Source: Octopus sinensis (taxonomy: Eukaryota). From it: 64,000 nt of DNA. The notes beneath the pieces are model-generated. The model had not been told where the DNA came from. It saw nothing but the letters and a program-made list of their open reading frames with translations, and ran no database searches. A program made the position numbers and the translations under genes. Positions 25,514-38,904 of the stretch are shown here, in pieces; position 1 is the first letter of the stretch; each line of letters starts with the position of its first letter. The stretch is taken from NCBI RefSeq assembly GCF_006345805.1, contig NC_043022.1:3720001-3784000 (forward strand). The letters are read 5' to 3'.

Positions 25514-26845
25514 CATATACGACAGGCTTCTTTCAGTTTCCGTCTACCAAATCCACTAACAAGGCATTGGTCGGCCCGGGGGCTATAGCAGAAGACACTT
25601 GCCCAAGATGCCACGCAGTGGGACTGAACCCCGCAACCATGTGGTTGGTTAGCAAGTACTACCACACAGCCACTCCTTTCAAATTATTTTTCAAATATAG
25701 ACAGAATTTAGCAACAAAGTTTTGATGAAAGTTTCTGAATTTAGATCGCTTAAACCCTTTTGTAACCATATTTCTCTTAAAATATGCAGCCTTCGTTTCA
25801 GTAAATTTTGAAAATAATGAAAGAATTTAGAAAAATGACTGTCGTTAGTTTAGCTCGGGTTTTGGAACATGAAATAAATAAACATGAAATTTTGATGGAA
25901 GATTTTAATGAAGACCACTTTAAACCTTCTTTTATTCTTTTACTTGTTTCAGGCATTTGACTGTGGCCATGCTGGGGCACCATCTTTAGTCGAGCAAATC
26001 GACCCCGGGACTTATTCTTTGTAAGTCTTGTACTTATTCTATCAGTCTTTTTTGCCGAACCGCTAAGTTACGGGGATATAAACAAACACCATCGGTGTCA
26101 ATGATGTTATGGGGAAGAAACACAGACACACAAATACCATATATATATATATATATATATAATATATATATATATATATAATATATATATATTATAAATA
26201 AGGATAATATCGATAATATCAAGTGGCCAGCATGGGAAAAATACCGTACCTACAAAGGTAATATTTTTTTACAACTAAAAATAAGGTGTCTAAGAGACAC
26301 CACCAAGCCAAATAGCAGTCAAAACCCTGACTTTAAAAACCACGTTAAATGTTGGTACGATATGAACATTTTACGTGGTTTTAAAGTCAGGGTTTTGACT
26401 GCTATTTCGGCATGGTGGTGTCTCTTAGACACCCTTATTTTTAGTTATATATATATATAATATATATATCATCATCATCATCATCATTTAGCGTCCGTTT
26501 TCCATGCTAGCATGGGTTGGACGGTTCAACTGGGGTCTGTGAAGCTGGAAGGCTTCATCAGGCCCAGTCAGATCTGGCAGTGTGTTTCTACAGCTGGATG
26601 CCCTTCCTAACACCAACACCACTCCGTGAGTGTAGTGGGTGCTTTTTACGTGCCACTATATATATATATATATATATATACGACGGGCTTCTTTCAGTTT
26701 CTGTCTACCAAATTCACTCACAAGGCTTTGGTCAGCCTGAGGCTATAGTAGAAGACCCTGCCCAAGGTGCCACGCAGTGAGACTGAACCCGGAACCATGT
26801 GGTTGGTTAGCAAGCTACTTACCACCACAGCCCATCCAGATATAT

Positions 26846-26878
<33 letters not shown>

Positions 26879-27045
26879 ACGGGCTTCTTTCAGTTTCCGT
26901 CTATCAAATTCACTCACAAGGCTTTGGTCAGCCTGAGGCTATAGTAGAAGGACACTTGCCCAAGGTGCCACGCAGTGGGACTGAACCCGGAACTATGTGG
27001 TTCGTAAGCAAGCTACTTACCACACAGCCACTCCTGCGCCAACTC
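25260..27045 (-). mobile_element. SINE family A copies (25260-25678 full; 25930-26130 3' half; 26680-27045 two 5' halves)
   Basis: Reverse-complement family motifs. Confidence 0.8.
26273..26446. mobile_element. Fold-back element / near-perfect palindrome
   Basis: Arms of about 80 bp (AACTAAAAATAAGGTGTCTAAGAGACACC...CCACGTTAAATGTT and its reverse complement) are separated by an 11-nt spacer GGTACGATATG. Confidence 0.75.
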
Positions 27046-30000
27046 ACAACCTATTATATTGATGTTTAAGCCCACCAGATTAATAACACTATACATAAGT
27101 CTATCCCATTATTATGAGAGCTCATCACACGGCTACTATCTATAATTGTACAACTTTATAGATGGAATGTAAATCAAAAAGGTGGGTTATGTGTATGGAT
27201 GGGTGGGGGAGCCAGATTACAATTAGTTTTATCTCTATTATTTAGTTGCCATAGTAACCAATACAGATTATCAAATATGCATAAAGACCTTTACCGTTCC
27301 AGTTTTATTATTTATCTATGTGCATTGTTAAGTAGGATAAAGGCTGGCTGTTGTGTTTATGAAGGCACAGGACAAAAAGTGGAGGGATGACGATTGTAAT
27401 GGGTTTATAAGTAAAGGGGACTGCTTAGCAAATCCATAGCCCCAGTCTGTCTGGCTGACAAACGAGTTCTGAAGGGAAGTAAATTGATTTGCTGTACAGA
27501 AAGGGAAAAAAATATATCATTTCAGGCAGCTCCCTTTATAGGTTTTCCAATAGAACTCAATAACTAGATTGGGGATGAGAGAGAGACAAAGAGAAGAGAG
27601 AGAGGAGGGGAGGGGGAGGGAGAGAGAGAGGGGGAGAGAGACAGAGATGGAGAGAAAAATAAAAAAAAAAGGTAATTTTGTATATGTTTTGCAGGACCCT
27701 TGATGTGAAATCATGTGTTGACCCATATGGTGCTGTCTTGGGAAGGTCATTTTGCCAACACAAACACTTGCACTGGTTTATTTTTATTCATTTTTTTATT
27801 TTTTACTTGTTTCAGTCATTTGACTGCGGCCGTGCTGGAGCAACGCCTTTATCGTTCTATTTCATTTATTATTAAAGCAGTGAGCTGGCAGAATCATTAG
27901 CACACGGAACACAATGCTTAGCGTCACTTTGTCTTTAGATTTTGAGTTCAAATTCCACCTAAGTCGACTTTACCTTTCTTCCTCTCAGATTTGATAAAAT
28001 AAGTACAATTAAAATACTGGAGTTGATGTAATCAATTTATCTCCCACCCCAAAAAATTGCAGGCCTTGTGCCAACATTCGAAACCACTATTATTATTAAG
28101 TCAGTGAACAGACAGAATCAGTAGTATGTTGGACTCAATACTTTGTGGCGCTTCAGAGTTCAAATTCCACCAAGGTCAACTTTGCCTTTCATCCTTTCAG
28201 GGTTGATAAATTAAGTATGTGTGTATATAGGTGCTGGCATGGCTGGTTCCAGGTTCAGTGGCACCTTGGTCAAGTGTCTTCTATAGCCTCAGGCCGACCA
28301 AAGCCTTGTGAGTGGATTTGGTAGACAGAAACTGAAAGAAGCCCACCATATGTATATATATATGTGTATGTATGTATATGTGTTTGTGTGTCTGTGTTAG
28401 TCCTCCCACCTATTTCTTTATTGCCCACAGTGGGCTAAACATAGATGGGACAAACAAGGACAGACAAAGGGATTAAGTCGATTATATCGACCCCAGTGCG
28501 TAACTGGTACTTATTTAGTCGACCCCGAAAGGATGAAAGGCAAAGTCGACCTCAGCGGAATTTGAACTCAGAATGTAGCGGCAGACCAAATACCTATTTC
28601 TTTATTACCCACAAGGGGCTAAACACAGAGGGGACAAACAAGGACAGACAAAGGGATTAAGTCGATTATATCGACCCCAGTGCTTAACTGGTACTTATTT
28701 AGTCGACCCCGAAAGGATGAAAGGCAAAGTCGACCTCGGCGGAATTTGAACTCAGAACGTAGCGGCAGACGAAATACCATGAAGCATTTCACTTGGCATG
28801 CTAACGTTTCTGCCAGCTCGCCACTTGATAACTGATGTTGGTGTGTTTACATCCCTATAACTTAGTGGTTCGGCAAAAGAGACCAATAGAATAAGTACTA
28901 GGCTTACAAAGAATAAGTCCTGGCATCGATTTGTTCAGCTAAGGGCGGTGCTCCAGCATGGCCGCAGTGAAATGACTGAAGACAATGAAAGAATAAAGAA
29001 TATTTATATATTTATGAGAGAGAGAACGTGTATGGTGGGAGAGTGATGGGGAAAGGAGGGGGAGATGATAAAGGTGTTTGTGTGGGGGGGGGGGAAATAG
29101 AGAGGCGGGGCTAAATATGTAAAACAGCTGTAATCACTGACAAAGAAATAGTCATAACATTGACAGTAGGAGCAGAAGGGGTGAAGTGGTAGTGGAGGTG
29201 GGGAAGGTAGTGATGATGATGATGATGATGGTAGTGATGACAACGATGGTGACTGCGATTATTGTGATGTGATGATGATGATGATGGCAGATGAGAGGCT
29301 GTTTCAACTGTCAATGTGCAAGAACAAAGCCACAGTTTTGAGGGCAGGAGATAATCCGTAATCCCATTGATCTCAGCACTAGAATGGTACCACATTGTAT
29401 CGGCACCCAGAAAGATTACAAGCAACGCTGATCTTGGCAGGGTTTGAACTCACGAATAAAGAGCTGGAACGTATACTACTCTTTACTCTTTTACTCTTTT
29501 ACTTGTTTCAGTCATTTGACTGCGGCCATGCTGGAGCACCGCCTTTAGTCAAGCAAATCGACCCTGGGACTTATTCTTTGTAAGCCAGTACTTATTCTAT
29601 CGGTCTCTTTTGCCGAACCGCTAAGTGACGGGGACATAAACACACCAGCATCGGTGTTGTCAAGCAATGCTAGGGGGACAAACAAGACACACACAAACCA
29701 TACATATATACGACAGGCTTCTTTCAGTTTCCGTCTACCAAATCCACTCACAAGGCTTTGGTCGGCCCGAGGCTATGGTAGAAGACACTTGCCCAAGGTG
29801 CCACGCAGTGGGACTGAACCCGGAACCATGTGGTTGGTTAGCAAGCTACTTACCACACAGCCACTCCTGCAAGGCATTTTTTCCGACATTCTTGCAACTT
29901 TGCCATCTCACTGCCTAAGTTACTACGGTGATGATGACATCATAAAACAGATGGTCCAAAATAAAACTGGGGAAGCCAGGTCTTCTGGCGGGTGGAGGTC

Positions 30001-31778
30001 AGGGGTGGAATCAGTTATAGACTGAAAAACAGGAAGTGTTGGTGAAGATATTACTGTGATATTGATGTTGAAATTGTTGTGAAATGACTGGTTGTGGCAA
30101 TGGGTAGGCTTCCTGGTTTGGTACTTTGGTAGACTTAGCCATAGTCTTTATTACAGACCAATAAAGGAAGGAAAAACTAAGGAAAACAAAATGAAAAGAA
30201 GGTAAAAACAAAAAAAAAAAATTACTCAAACGTAAAAGACCCACTCCCACCCCAAACCCTGAAGGTGTTGTGGGAATTAGGGGCTGAAGAATTATGTAAA
30301 GGGAGTGGATAGGAGAATTAGGGTTGAGGAATTATGCAAAGGGAGTGTGGGGGGAGTTAGGGGTGAAGAATCATGTAAAGGGAGAGGATGGGTGAATTCA
30401 GGGTTGAGGAATTATGTAAAGGGAGTGTGGGGGGGAGCTAGGGGTGAAGAATCATGTAAAGCGAGTGGGTGGGGGAGAAGTAGAGTTGAGGAATTATGCA
30501 AAGGAGGTGGGTGGGTGGGAAGTAGGGGTGAAGAATTAAGGGGCGGGAGGAACGGTGAAGAATTAAGTATAGGGGGTTGGAGAAGGGGTTAAAAATGGAG
30601 TATAGTGGGGTGGGGGTGGCGGCGGTGGTGGAGGTGGAGGAAGCAGCGAGATTGCAAGCGCTTTGTCACGGTAACAGCTGACAGGATATTTATTGAGAGT
30701 AAAATGAAATATTGCAATGATGATGATGATGGTAACGGTAGTGATGATGATGATGGCGGCATGGTAACAGGAATAATGAAGATGGTACTGATCATGATGG
30801 TAGCGGTGGTGGTGGTGGTTATCATAACACAAATGTGATGCTGATGCTGACAGCCAATGTAATAATGTCATTGAGGATAATTGTAAGAAGCTCGTTTTGT
30901 AATCATGTGGTTTGGGGTTCAGTCCTACGAAATGGCACCTTGGGCAAGGGTCTTTGACTACAGCTTCGAGCCTCGTGAATGAAGGCCAACACGTGTATGT
31001 GTGTGTGTGTGTTCCCCCTCCCACCACTACTGCTTGACAGGCAATGTTAGTGTGTTGGTGTCCCCATAACTTAGTGGTTCAGCAAAAAAGTACCAATAAA
31101 ATAAGTACCAGGCTTGACAATAATAAAAAAAAAGTACTAGGATCAATTTGTTCAACTAAAATTCTTCAAGACAGTGCTCCAGCATGGCCACAGTCTAATG
31201 ACTGAAACTATATCTATATAGAGTGGTTGTATACTGTCAACATAACATGACAGTCCTGTAAGGGAATTACACCACTGTTGTTTAGCCCTAGGAAGAATCG
31301 ACACTTCCTGTCGGCTTTGACACATTTCCTGTGTCCTTTTCACTTGCTTTGGTTATTTGACACTACAGCCATGCTGGAGCACAACCTTAGGAGGATTTTA
31401 GTCAAAGAAATTGACTACAGAATTCATTCTTTATAAGCCCAGTACTGATTCTATCTATCTCTTTTGCCGAACTGCTAAGTTACAGGGATGCAAGCACACC
31501 AACATCGGTTGTCCAGCAATGATGGGGGACAAACACAGATACACATATACATACATACATATATAAATGCGACAGGCTTCTTTCAGTTTCCGTCTACCAA
31601 ATCCACTCACAAGGATTTGGTTGGCCTGATGCTATAGTAGAAGACACTTGCCTTGCCTAAGGTGCCATGCAGTGGGACTGAACTCAGAACCATGTGGTTG
31701 GGAAGCAAGTTTCTTTACCATACAGCCACACCTTAGTAAATGTCTACTGTCTTACAGTACACATTTTAAAATATACTA

Positions 31779-32165
31779 TAGGAGCACTCCGTCGGTTACG
31801 ACGATGAGGGTCCCAGCTGATACGATCAACGGAACAGCTTGCTCGTGGAATTAACGTGCAAATGGCTGAGCATTCCACTGACACGTGTACCCTTAACGTA
31901 GTTCTCGGGGAGATTCAGCGTGACACAGAGAGTGACAAGACTGACCCCTATGAAATCACGGGTACAACAGAAACAGGAAGTAAGAGTGAGAGAAAGTTAT
32001 GGTGAAAGAGTACAGCAGGGATCACCCCCCCCCCCTGCCGGAGCCTCGTGGAGTTTTAGGTGTTTTCGCTCAATAAACACTCACAATGCCCAGGTCTGGG
32101 AATCGAAACCGCGATCCTACGACCGCGAGTCCGCTGCCCTAACCACTGGGCCATTGCGCCTCCAC
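31779..32165 (-). mobile_element. SINE family D (tRNA-derived head)
   Basis: The minus strand starts GTGGAGGCGCAATGGCCCAGTGGTTAGGGCAGCGGACTCGCGGTCGTAGGATCGCGGTTTCGATTCCC, with clear A/B boxes. Confidence 0.8.
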
Positions 32166-32647
32166 ATATATACTATACACATGTGTGCATGTGTGTGTAT
32201 GCACGTCTCCATGTTTGCCCTTGAAACTGCTTGACAACTGGTGATGGTTTGTTTACATCTACATACATTTGCAATTCAGCATAAGTGACCGACAACAAAT
32301 GTTGGACCAATTAAAAAAAAAAAAAAAAGATAACGTAGGTACTAGAGTTGATTTGTTCAACTAAGATCTTCCAATCCGGTGCCCCAGCTTGGCAACAGTC
32401 CAACGACCGATAGAAGCAAAAAAGTAAAAAGATTAATGAAGACGGGTGGAGTCTGTCAGAATCTCTCGTGTTAAATGAAAGATAACAACTGGATTTCTTG
32501 CTAATAATCTAAAATAACAACAGAAATAAATGGTGTTTATACTCCTATCAGCCAAGAAAAACAGGAAGAAGAAGATGTTGCAGACAGTACCCCCCCCCCA
32601 ACCCCCACCCTCACCAAAAAAAGAAAAAAAAAGAAGAGATAATTTGG

Positions 32648-34864
32648 TTAACTCTTTCACTGTGAAATTAGATTTCATGGTTATTCTAGTAATGATACTC
32701 TTTTCTCTTTCCTCTTTTACTTGTTTCAGTCATTTGACTGCGGCCATGCTGGAGCACCGCCTTTAGTCGAACAAATCAACCCCGGGACTTATTCTTTTGT
32801 AAGCCCAGTACTTATTCTATCGGTCTCTTTTGCCGAACCGCTAAGTAACGGGGACGTAAACACACCAGCATCGGTTGTCAAGCAATGCTAGGGGGACAAA
32901 CACAGACACACAAACACACACATACATACATATATATATATATACATATATACGACAGGCTTCTTTCAGTTTCCGTCTACCATATCCACTCACAAGTCAT
33001 TGGTCGGCCCGGGGTTATAGCAGAAGACACTTGCCCAAGATGCCGTGCAGTGGGACTGAACCCGGAACCATGTGGTTGGTAAGCAAGCTACTTACTACAC
33101 AGCCACTCCTGATGATGTTAACTATCTACCAAAAAAAAAAGATTGGTCTCTTTCTGCAAATCTGTTGTCTCAATAAATTTGACATATCTCAGCAGAAAAT
33201 AGTTTCAAACTTGAAATTCTTCAACAAAAGACAGATTGGTATAGAAAATAGATTCCTTTAGTTAAAGGTAATGGAAAGAAAATTCAAAGGAAATATCTGA
33301 TTTCTGCAGTAAAAAAAATTAGTATACCAATATATTTTTGTCTTTTATTATGTTCCAAACACCATTTTAGCCCTTTAACTGTGAAATTAAACTGCATGGT
33401 TATAAATTCTAGCAATGATATCTACCAAAAATGGAATTGGTATTTTCTGCAAACCCTTTTGCATCAATAATCTTCACATATTTCAATAGAAAATAGTTGC
33501 AAACACAACATTCCTTAAAAGAAGATTGATTGAAATATAAAACTGATTTCTACAGTAAACGGGTTTATAACCACCAAATCAATGTGTTTCAATAGAAGTA
33601 TGGTAACAAAAGGGTTAAAGTGATCTAAATTAAAACCTTTCATAAAAATTTTGCGTTACTTTTTGTCCCAAATACCGATTTAATCATCCTTTCTACTGGG
33701 AGCACACAAGGCCTCAAATGTGGGGGAAGGGATTAAGTCGATTACATCGACCCCAGTGCATAACTGGTATTTATTTAATCGACCACCGAAAAGATGAAAG
33801 GCAAAGTCGACCTCGGCAGAATTTGAACTCAGAACATAACGGCAGACGAAATACCTATTTCTTTACTACCCACAAGGGGCTAAACACAGAGAGGACAAAC
33901 AAGGACAGACAAACGGATTAAGTCGATTATATCGATCCCAGTAACTGGTACTTATTTAATCGACCCTGAGAGGATGAAAGGTAAAAAAGTCGACCTCGGC
34001 AGAATTTGAACTCAGAACGTAGCGACAGACGAAATACCACTAAGCATTTCACCCAGCATGCTAACGATTCTGACAGCTCCAATCAATGCCTTATAAAACA
34101 CAAATTTAATAATGACAAATTATCATACTAAATTCTTCATTATTTTCAAAATTAATTGGAACAAAGTCCAAGTATTTCAACACAAATATAGTAACAAAAC
34201 GGTTAAAGTGATCTAAAGTAAAACCTTCCATCAAAATTCTGTTTCAAACACTAGCTTAACCATTTAACTGAGGGATCATTACTAGAATAGGCGCAGGAGT
34301 GGCTGTGTGGTAAGTAGCTTGCTTACCAACCACATGGTTCCAGGTTCAGTCCTACTGCGTGGCATCTTGAAGTGTCTTCTGCTATAGCCCCGGGCCGACC
34401 AATGCCTTGTGAGTGGATTTGGTAGACGGAAACTGAAAGAAGGCCTGTCGTATATATGTATATATATGTATATGTATGTGTGTCTGTGTTTGTCCCCCTA
34501 GCATTGCTTGACAACCGATGCTGGTGTGTTTACGTCCCTGTAACATAGCGGTTCGGCAAAAGAGACCGATAGAATAAGTACTGGGCTTACAAAGAATAAG
34601 TCCCGGGGTCGATTTGCTCGACTAAAAGCGGTGCTCCAGCATGGCCACAGTCAAATGACTGAAACAAGTAAAAGAGTAAAGAGAGTAAAGAATAACCATG
34701 AAATGCAATGTTAAATATCTACCAAAAAACAGAATCGGTATTTTCTGCAAGTCACTTTGTCTCAATAAACTGGACAGAAATCAACTGAAATTCGTCTCAA
34801 ACATGAAATTCTTCAACAAAAGATAGACTGGTATATAAAACTGCTTGCCACTGTTAAGGGTTAA
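32648..34864. mobile_element. Cluster of three diverged copies of an approximately 200-bp piggyBac-like MITE
   Basis: Repeated (CCCTT)TAACTGTGAAATT...TATCTACCAAAAA...TTCTGCAA...CAGT(T/A)AA(A)GGGTT at about 32648-33260, 33371-33563 and 34258-34864. Confidence 0.5.
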
Positions 34865-36294
34865 CATGAAATTTTGAGTGGGTATATCAGATTTCTACAG
34901 AAAAAGGGTTTACTCTCTTTCTCTTTTACTCTTTTACTTGTTTCAGTCATTTGACTGCGGCCATGCTGGAGCACCGCCTTTAGTCGAGCAAATCGACCCC
35001 GGGACTTATTCTTTTGTAAGCCCAGTACTTATTCTATCGGTCTCTTTTTTGCCGAACGCTAAGTAACGGGGACATAAACACACCAGCATCGGTTGTCAAA
35101 ACAATGCTAGGGGGACAAACACAGACACACAAACACACACACACACATATATACATATATATACATATATATGACAGGCTTCTTTCAGTTTCCGTCTACC
35201 AAATCCACTCACAAGGCATTGGTTGGCCCGGGGCTATAGCAGAAGACACTTGCCCAAGATGCCACGCAGTGGGACTGAACCCGGAACCATGTGGTTGGTT
35301 AGCAAGCTACTTACCACACAGCCACTCCTGCGCCTATAGATTCTTACATAAACTCCTGCGTTTATGTAAGATTCTGAAATGATTCACCAAAATGATATTA
35401 TCTGTGTTATTACTGTTAAAAAACTTCCAATCTTCTCTGATGATATTATTTCCAAACATGTTTAGAATAAAAATAATCCAATCTTAAAAACACCTTTCCA
35501 GGTGTTACATCAAATATTTTTCTTTACTGATAAAAGGATGATGGACATTAAAAACAGAACAGAATGGGATCTGGAAATCTGCTAACACTTAACAGAAGGG
35601 TAACTGGGTTAGCAGTGGTAGTAGTAGTAGTAGTAGTAGTAGTAGCAGTAGTAGTAGTAGTAGTAAGGTGACGGTAGTGATAGCAGTTGTAGCAACAACA
35701 GTAATAGTAGAGGAGGTAGTAGTAGTAGTAAGTGATGATAGTAATAGTGATGATAGTAATAGTGGTGGTGGTGTTGGTGGTGGTAGTAGCAGCAGTAGTG
35801 GTGGTGGTGAAAGTAGAAGTAGTAGTAGTGGTGGTGATGGCAGTGGTGGTAATAGTAATAGTAGTGGTGGTGTTTTTGGTAGTAGTAGCGGTGGTAGTAG
35901 GATGGTATTAGCAATAGTAGTAGTATAACCCCAGGTCATCCCCCGACTGACCAGAGATATGATGATCAAATGCCAGTCAAGGACCGAAGGTGATTTAATT
36001 GACCAACTGCATCTCTCAAACCAGTGCCTTTGCACCTACATTAAAAACAATTACTCACCTATGTTAATTACAATTATTGAGCAAACAGAATCATTAGCAA
36101 ACCAGGTGAAATGCTTAGCGACATTTCATCCTGTCTTTACATTCTGAGTTCAAATTCCGCTGAGGTTGACTTTGCCGTTCATCTTTTCAGGGTCAATAAA
36201 TTAAGTACCACAGGGGAGAGGGGGTATCGATGTAATCGATTATCCCCGCCCCCAAATTTCAGGCCTTGTGCATATAGTAGAAAGGATGATGATG

Positions 36295-36326
<32 letters not shown>

Positions 36327-37074
36327 GGTGGTGAGCTGGCAGAATTGTTAGCACGGTGGGCCAAATGCTTAGTGGAATTTCATCTGCCGTTACGTTCTGA
36401 GTTCAAATTCCGCCGAGGTCGACTTTGCCTTTCATCCTTTCGGAGTCAATAAATTAAGTACCAGTTACGCACTGGGGTTGATGTAATTGACTTAATACCT
36501 ATGTCTGTCCTTGTTTGTCCCCTCTATGTTTAGCCCCTTGTGGGTAATAAAGAAATAGGTATTTCATCTGCAGCTACATTCCGAGTTCAAATTCAGCCGA
36601 AGTTGGCTTTGCCTTTCATCCTTTCGTGGTCGATAAATTAAGTACCAGTTATGCACTGGGGCCTTGTGCCTATTGTAGAAAGGATTATTATTATCATTAT
36701 TATTATTATTGTTATGAAAATAGTGATTTAGCAGAATCGTTAGCATGCCAGGAAAAAAATGCTTCGCGGTATTTTTTCCGTCCTTACATTCTGAGTTCAA
36801 ATTCCGCCTTGGGTGACTTTGACTTTCATCCTCTTGGGGTCAATGAAATAAGTACCAGTTATGTCTGGGGTCCATGTAAACAAATTTCTCCTCCCTTTAG
36901 AATCCACTGGTTCTGCGCTAGAAACTGAATCTATTATGGTTATTTTTCTGGAGCAAGTTGGCCTAGGGCCAACTGAAAGCTTGTGAGGGGATTTGGTGGA
37001 TGGAAACTGAAAGAAGCCTGTTGTCTCACACATGCACTCAGAAACACATTTATATAGATGTGCGTGTGTGTGTG

Positions 37075-37750
37075 TGTGTATGTGTGTGTGTATGTGCACA
37101 TGTCAGTGTGTGTATCTGTGTGTGTGTGCAAGCTCGTGTGTGTGTGTGTGTGCGAGCATGTATGTATGCGTGTGTCCATGTTTGTGCATGCGTGTGTGTG
37201 TGTGTGTGTGTGTGTATGTCCACATGTCAGTGTGTGTATCTGTGTGTACATTGTGTGCAAGCTCATGTGTGTGTGTGAGCACGTGTGTGTATGCGTGTGT
37301 CCATGTGTGTGCATGCGTGTGTGTAAGTGTGTGTGTGTGTGTGTGTATGTCCACATGTCAGTGTGTGTATCTGTGTGTACATTGTGTGCAAGCTCATGTG
37401 TGTGTGTGAGCACGTGTGTGTATGCGTGTGTCCATGTGTGTGCATGCGTGTGTGTAAGTGTGTGTGTGTGTATGTCCACATGTCAGTGTGTGTATCTGTG
37501 TGTACATTGTGTGCAAGCTCATGTGTGTGTGTGAGCACGTGTGTGTATGCGTGTGTCCATGTGTGTGCATGCGTGTGTGTAAGTGTGTGTGTGTGTGTGT
37601 GTATGTCCACATGTCAGTGTGTGTATCTGTGTGTACATTGTGTGCAAGCTCATGTGTGTGTGTGAGCACGTGTGTGTATGCGTGTGTCCATGTGTGTGCA
37701 TGCGTGTGTGTATGTGTGTGTGTGTGTGCAAGCACGTGTGTATGTATGCG
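37075..37750. repeat. (GT)n-derived tandem repeat, unit about 125-131 bp, about 5 copies
   Basis: TATGTCCACATGTCAG recurs at 37215, 37346, 37471 and 37602. Confidence 0.9.
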
Positions 37751-38904
37751 TGTGCGAGTGCATATGTGTAAGCACATGAGTGCACGCATGTGCATGTGTG
37801 AGTGTATGTGCACATGTCGTGTTGTGCAAGCTCGTGTATGCGAGAGTATGTGCGTATGCGTGCGTCCATGTGGTGTGTGTGTGTGTGTGTGTGTGTTTAT
37901 TTTCCTCCTTTCTGTTGTAACAAACAACAAAATGACGAAGGAGATTGTCAATGAATGAAATGGTATGATCTAACGATTGGGCCGGGGGGGGGTCTGGGGT
38001 CTGTGATGAATGAATCTGACAGAAATTGGGTAGTAAGTTCTGTCATGAAGGGGGGCAGGTGGGCAGGAAGGAGGACAAAATACCTAAGTCACCTGGTTAT
38101 TCAGTTGTTACAACCTGCCCCCCCCGGCTCCCCCCCATCCACCCCCCCCCACCAAAAGAGAGACAGATATAGGACAAAGCAGCAGTGGGGGTGGGGGTGG
38201 AGGGGGAAGGAGAAGAAGCGGAAAAGCAGCGGAGAGGCAGCGGAGAGAGAGAGAGAGAGAGTGAGAGAGAGGAGCCGACAATGATCAAACAAGCACTGTC
38301 GAGCAGGTGAGGTGAGGTGAGAGTGGACACAGGTGAAACATGTTAATGATGGTGGTCGTGGCGGTGGTGGTGAAGAGGCGGGGGAACATTTCAAAGGTGG
38401 AATCAGCAAGAAGGAGACATTCCGACATATTTGAACTTACATACATATTATAATAGTGATTAGCGTTTGACCCCAGAGGGGGGGAAAGTAAAAGGTAAAA
38501 AAAAAAAAAGGTAAAATAATGCACCAAAGAAAAAAAGAAAAAAAAGACACCAGTGTAAGCCGAGTTTTGCCAGCCTGGAGCAACATCTGCTGTAGATGTA
38601 TAATCTTCATACAGAGCCACCCTCGCCCACCACCTTCGTGTGACAGCTGATAGATTCTGCATATTTATTGTTTGTTAGTTTTGTGGGGTCTTTTACTGTT
38701 TTTTTTTTGAGGGGAGGGGGTTTGGCTTTGTTGGTTGGTTGGTTGGTGTGTTGCTTTTGACAAAGTTGTCTAGAAAGAAGGAGAAGTGGAGGCTTACAAT
38801 CTCACCACCACCACCACCCCAGCCACCATCATCCTGAAAAAAATGTATTTAATCACAGAGTTTAAGTGTGGTCAGTCATTTAGCTGGAATCTGTCCCACA
38901 TAAG

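Larger units (their letters stand above)
28228..35335. mobile_element. SINE family A copies at about 28228-28990 (+, interrupted), 29480-29870 (-), 30880-31210 (+), 31350-31735 (-), 32700-33110 (-), 34289-34690 (+), 34911-35335 (-)
   Basis: Family motifs in each; several are near-consensus. Confidence 0.8.
27875..36900. mobile_element. SINE family B copies/multimers at about 27875-28215 (+), 28411-28800 (-), 33690-34080 (-), 36085-36900 (+)
   Basis: Family motifs. Confidence 0.8.

Noticed and set aside
29905-30160. Minus-strand open frame with N-glycosylation sequons and a hydrophobic end
   Set aside because: No convincing donor, no recognised homology, and not TRAF4-like.
32095-32165. tRNA gene
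   Set aside because: It has A/B boxes but no complete cloverleaf and continues into a SINE body.
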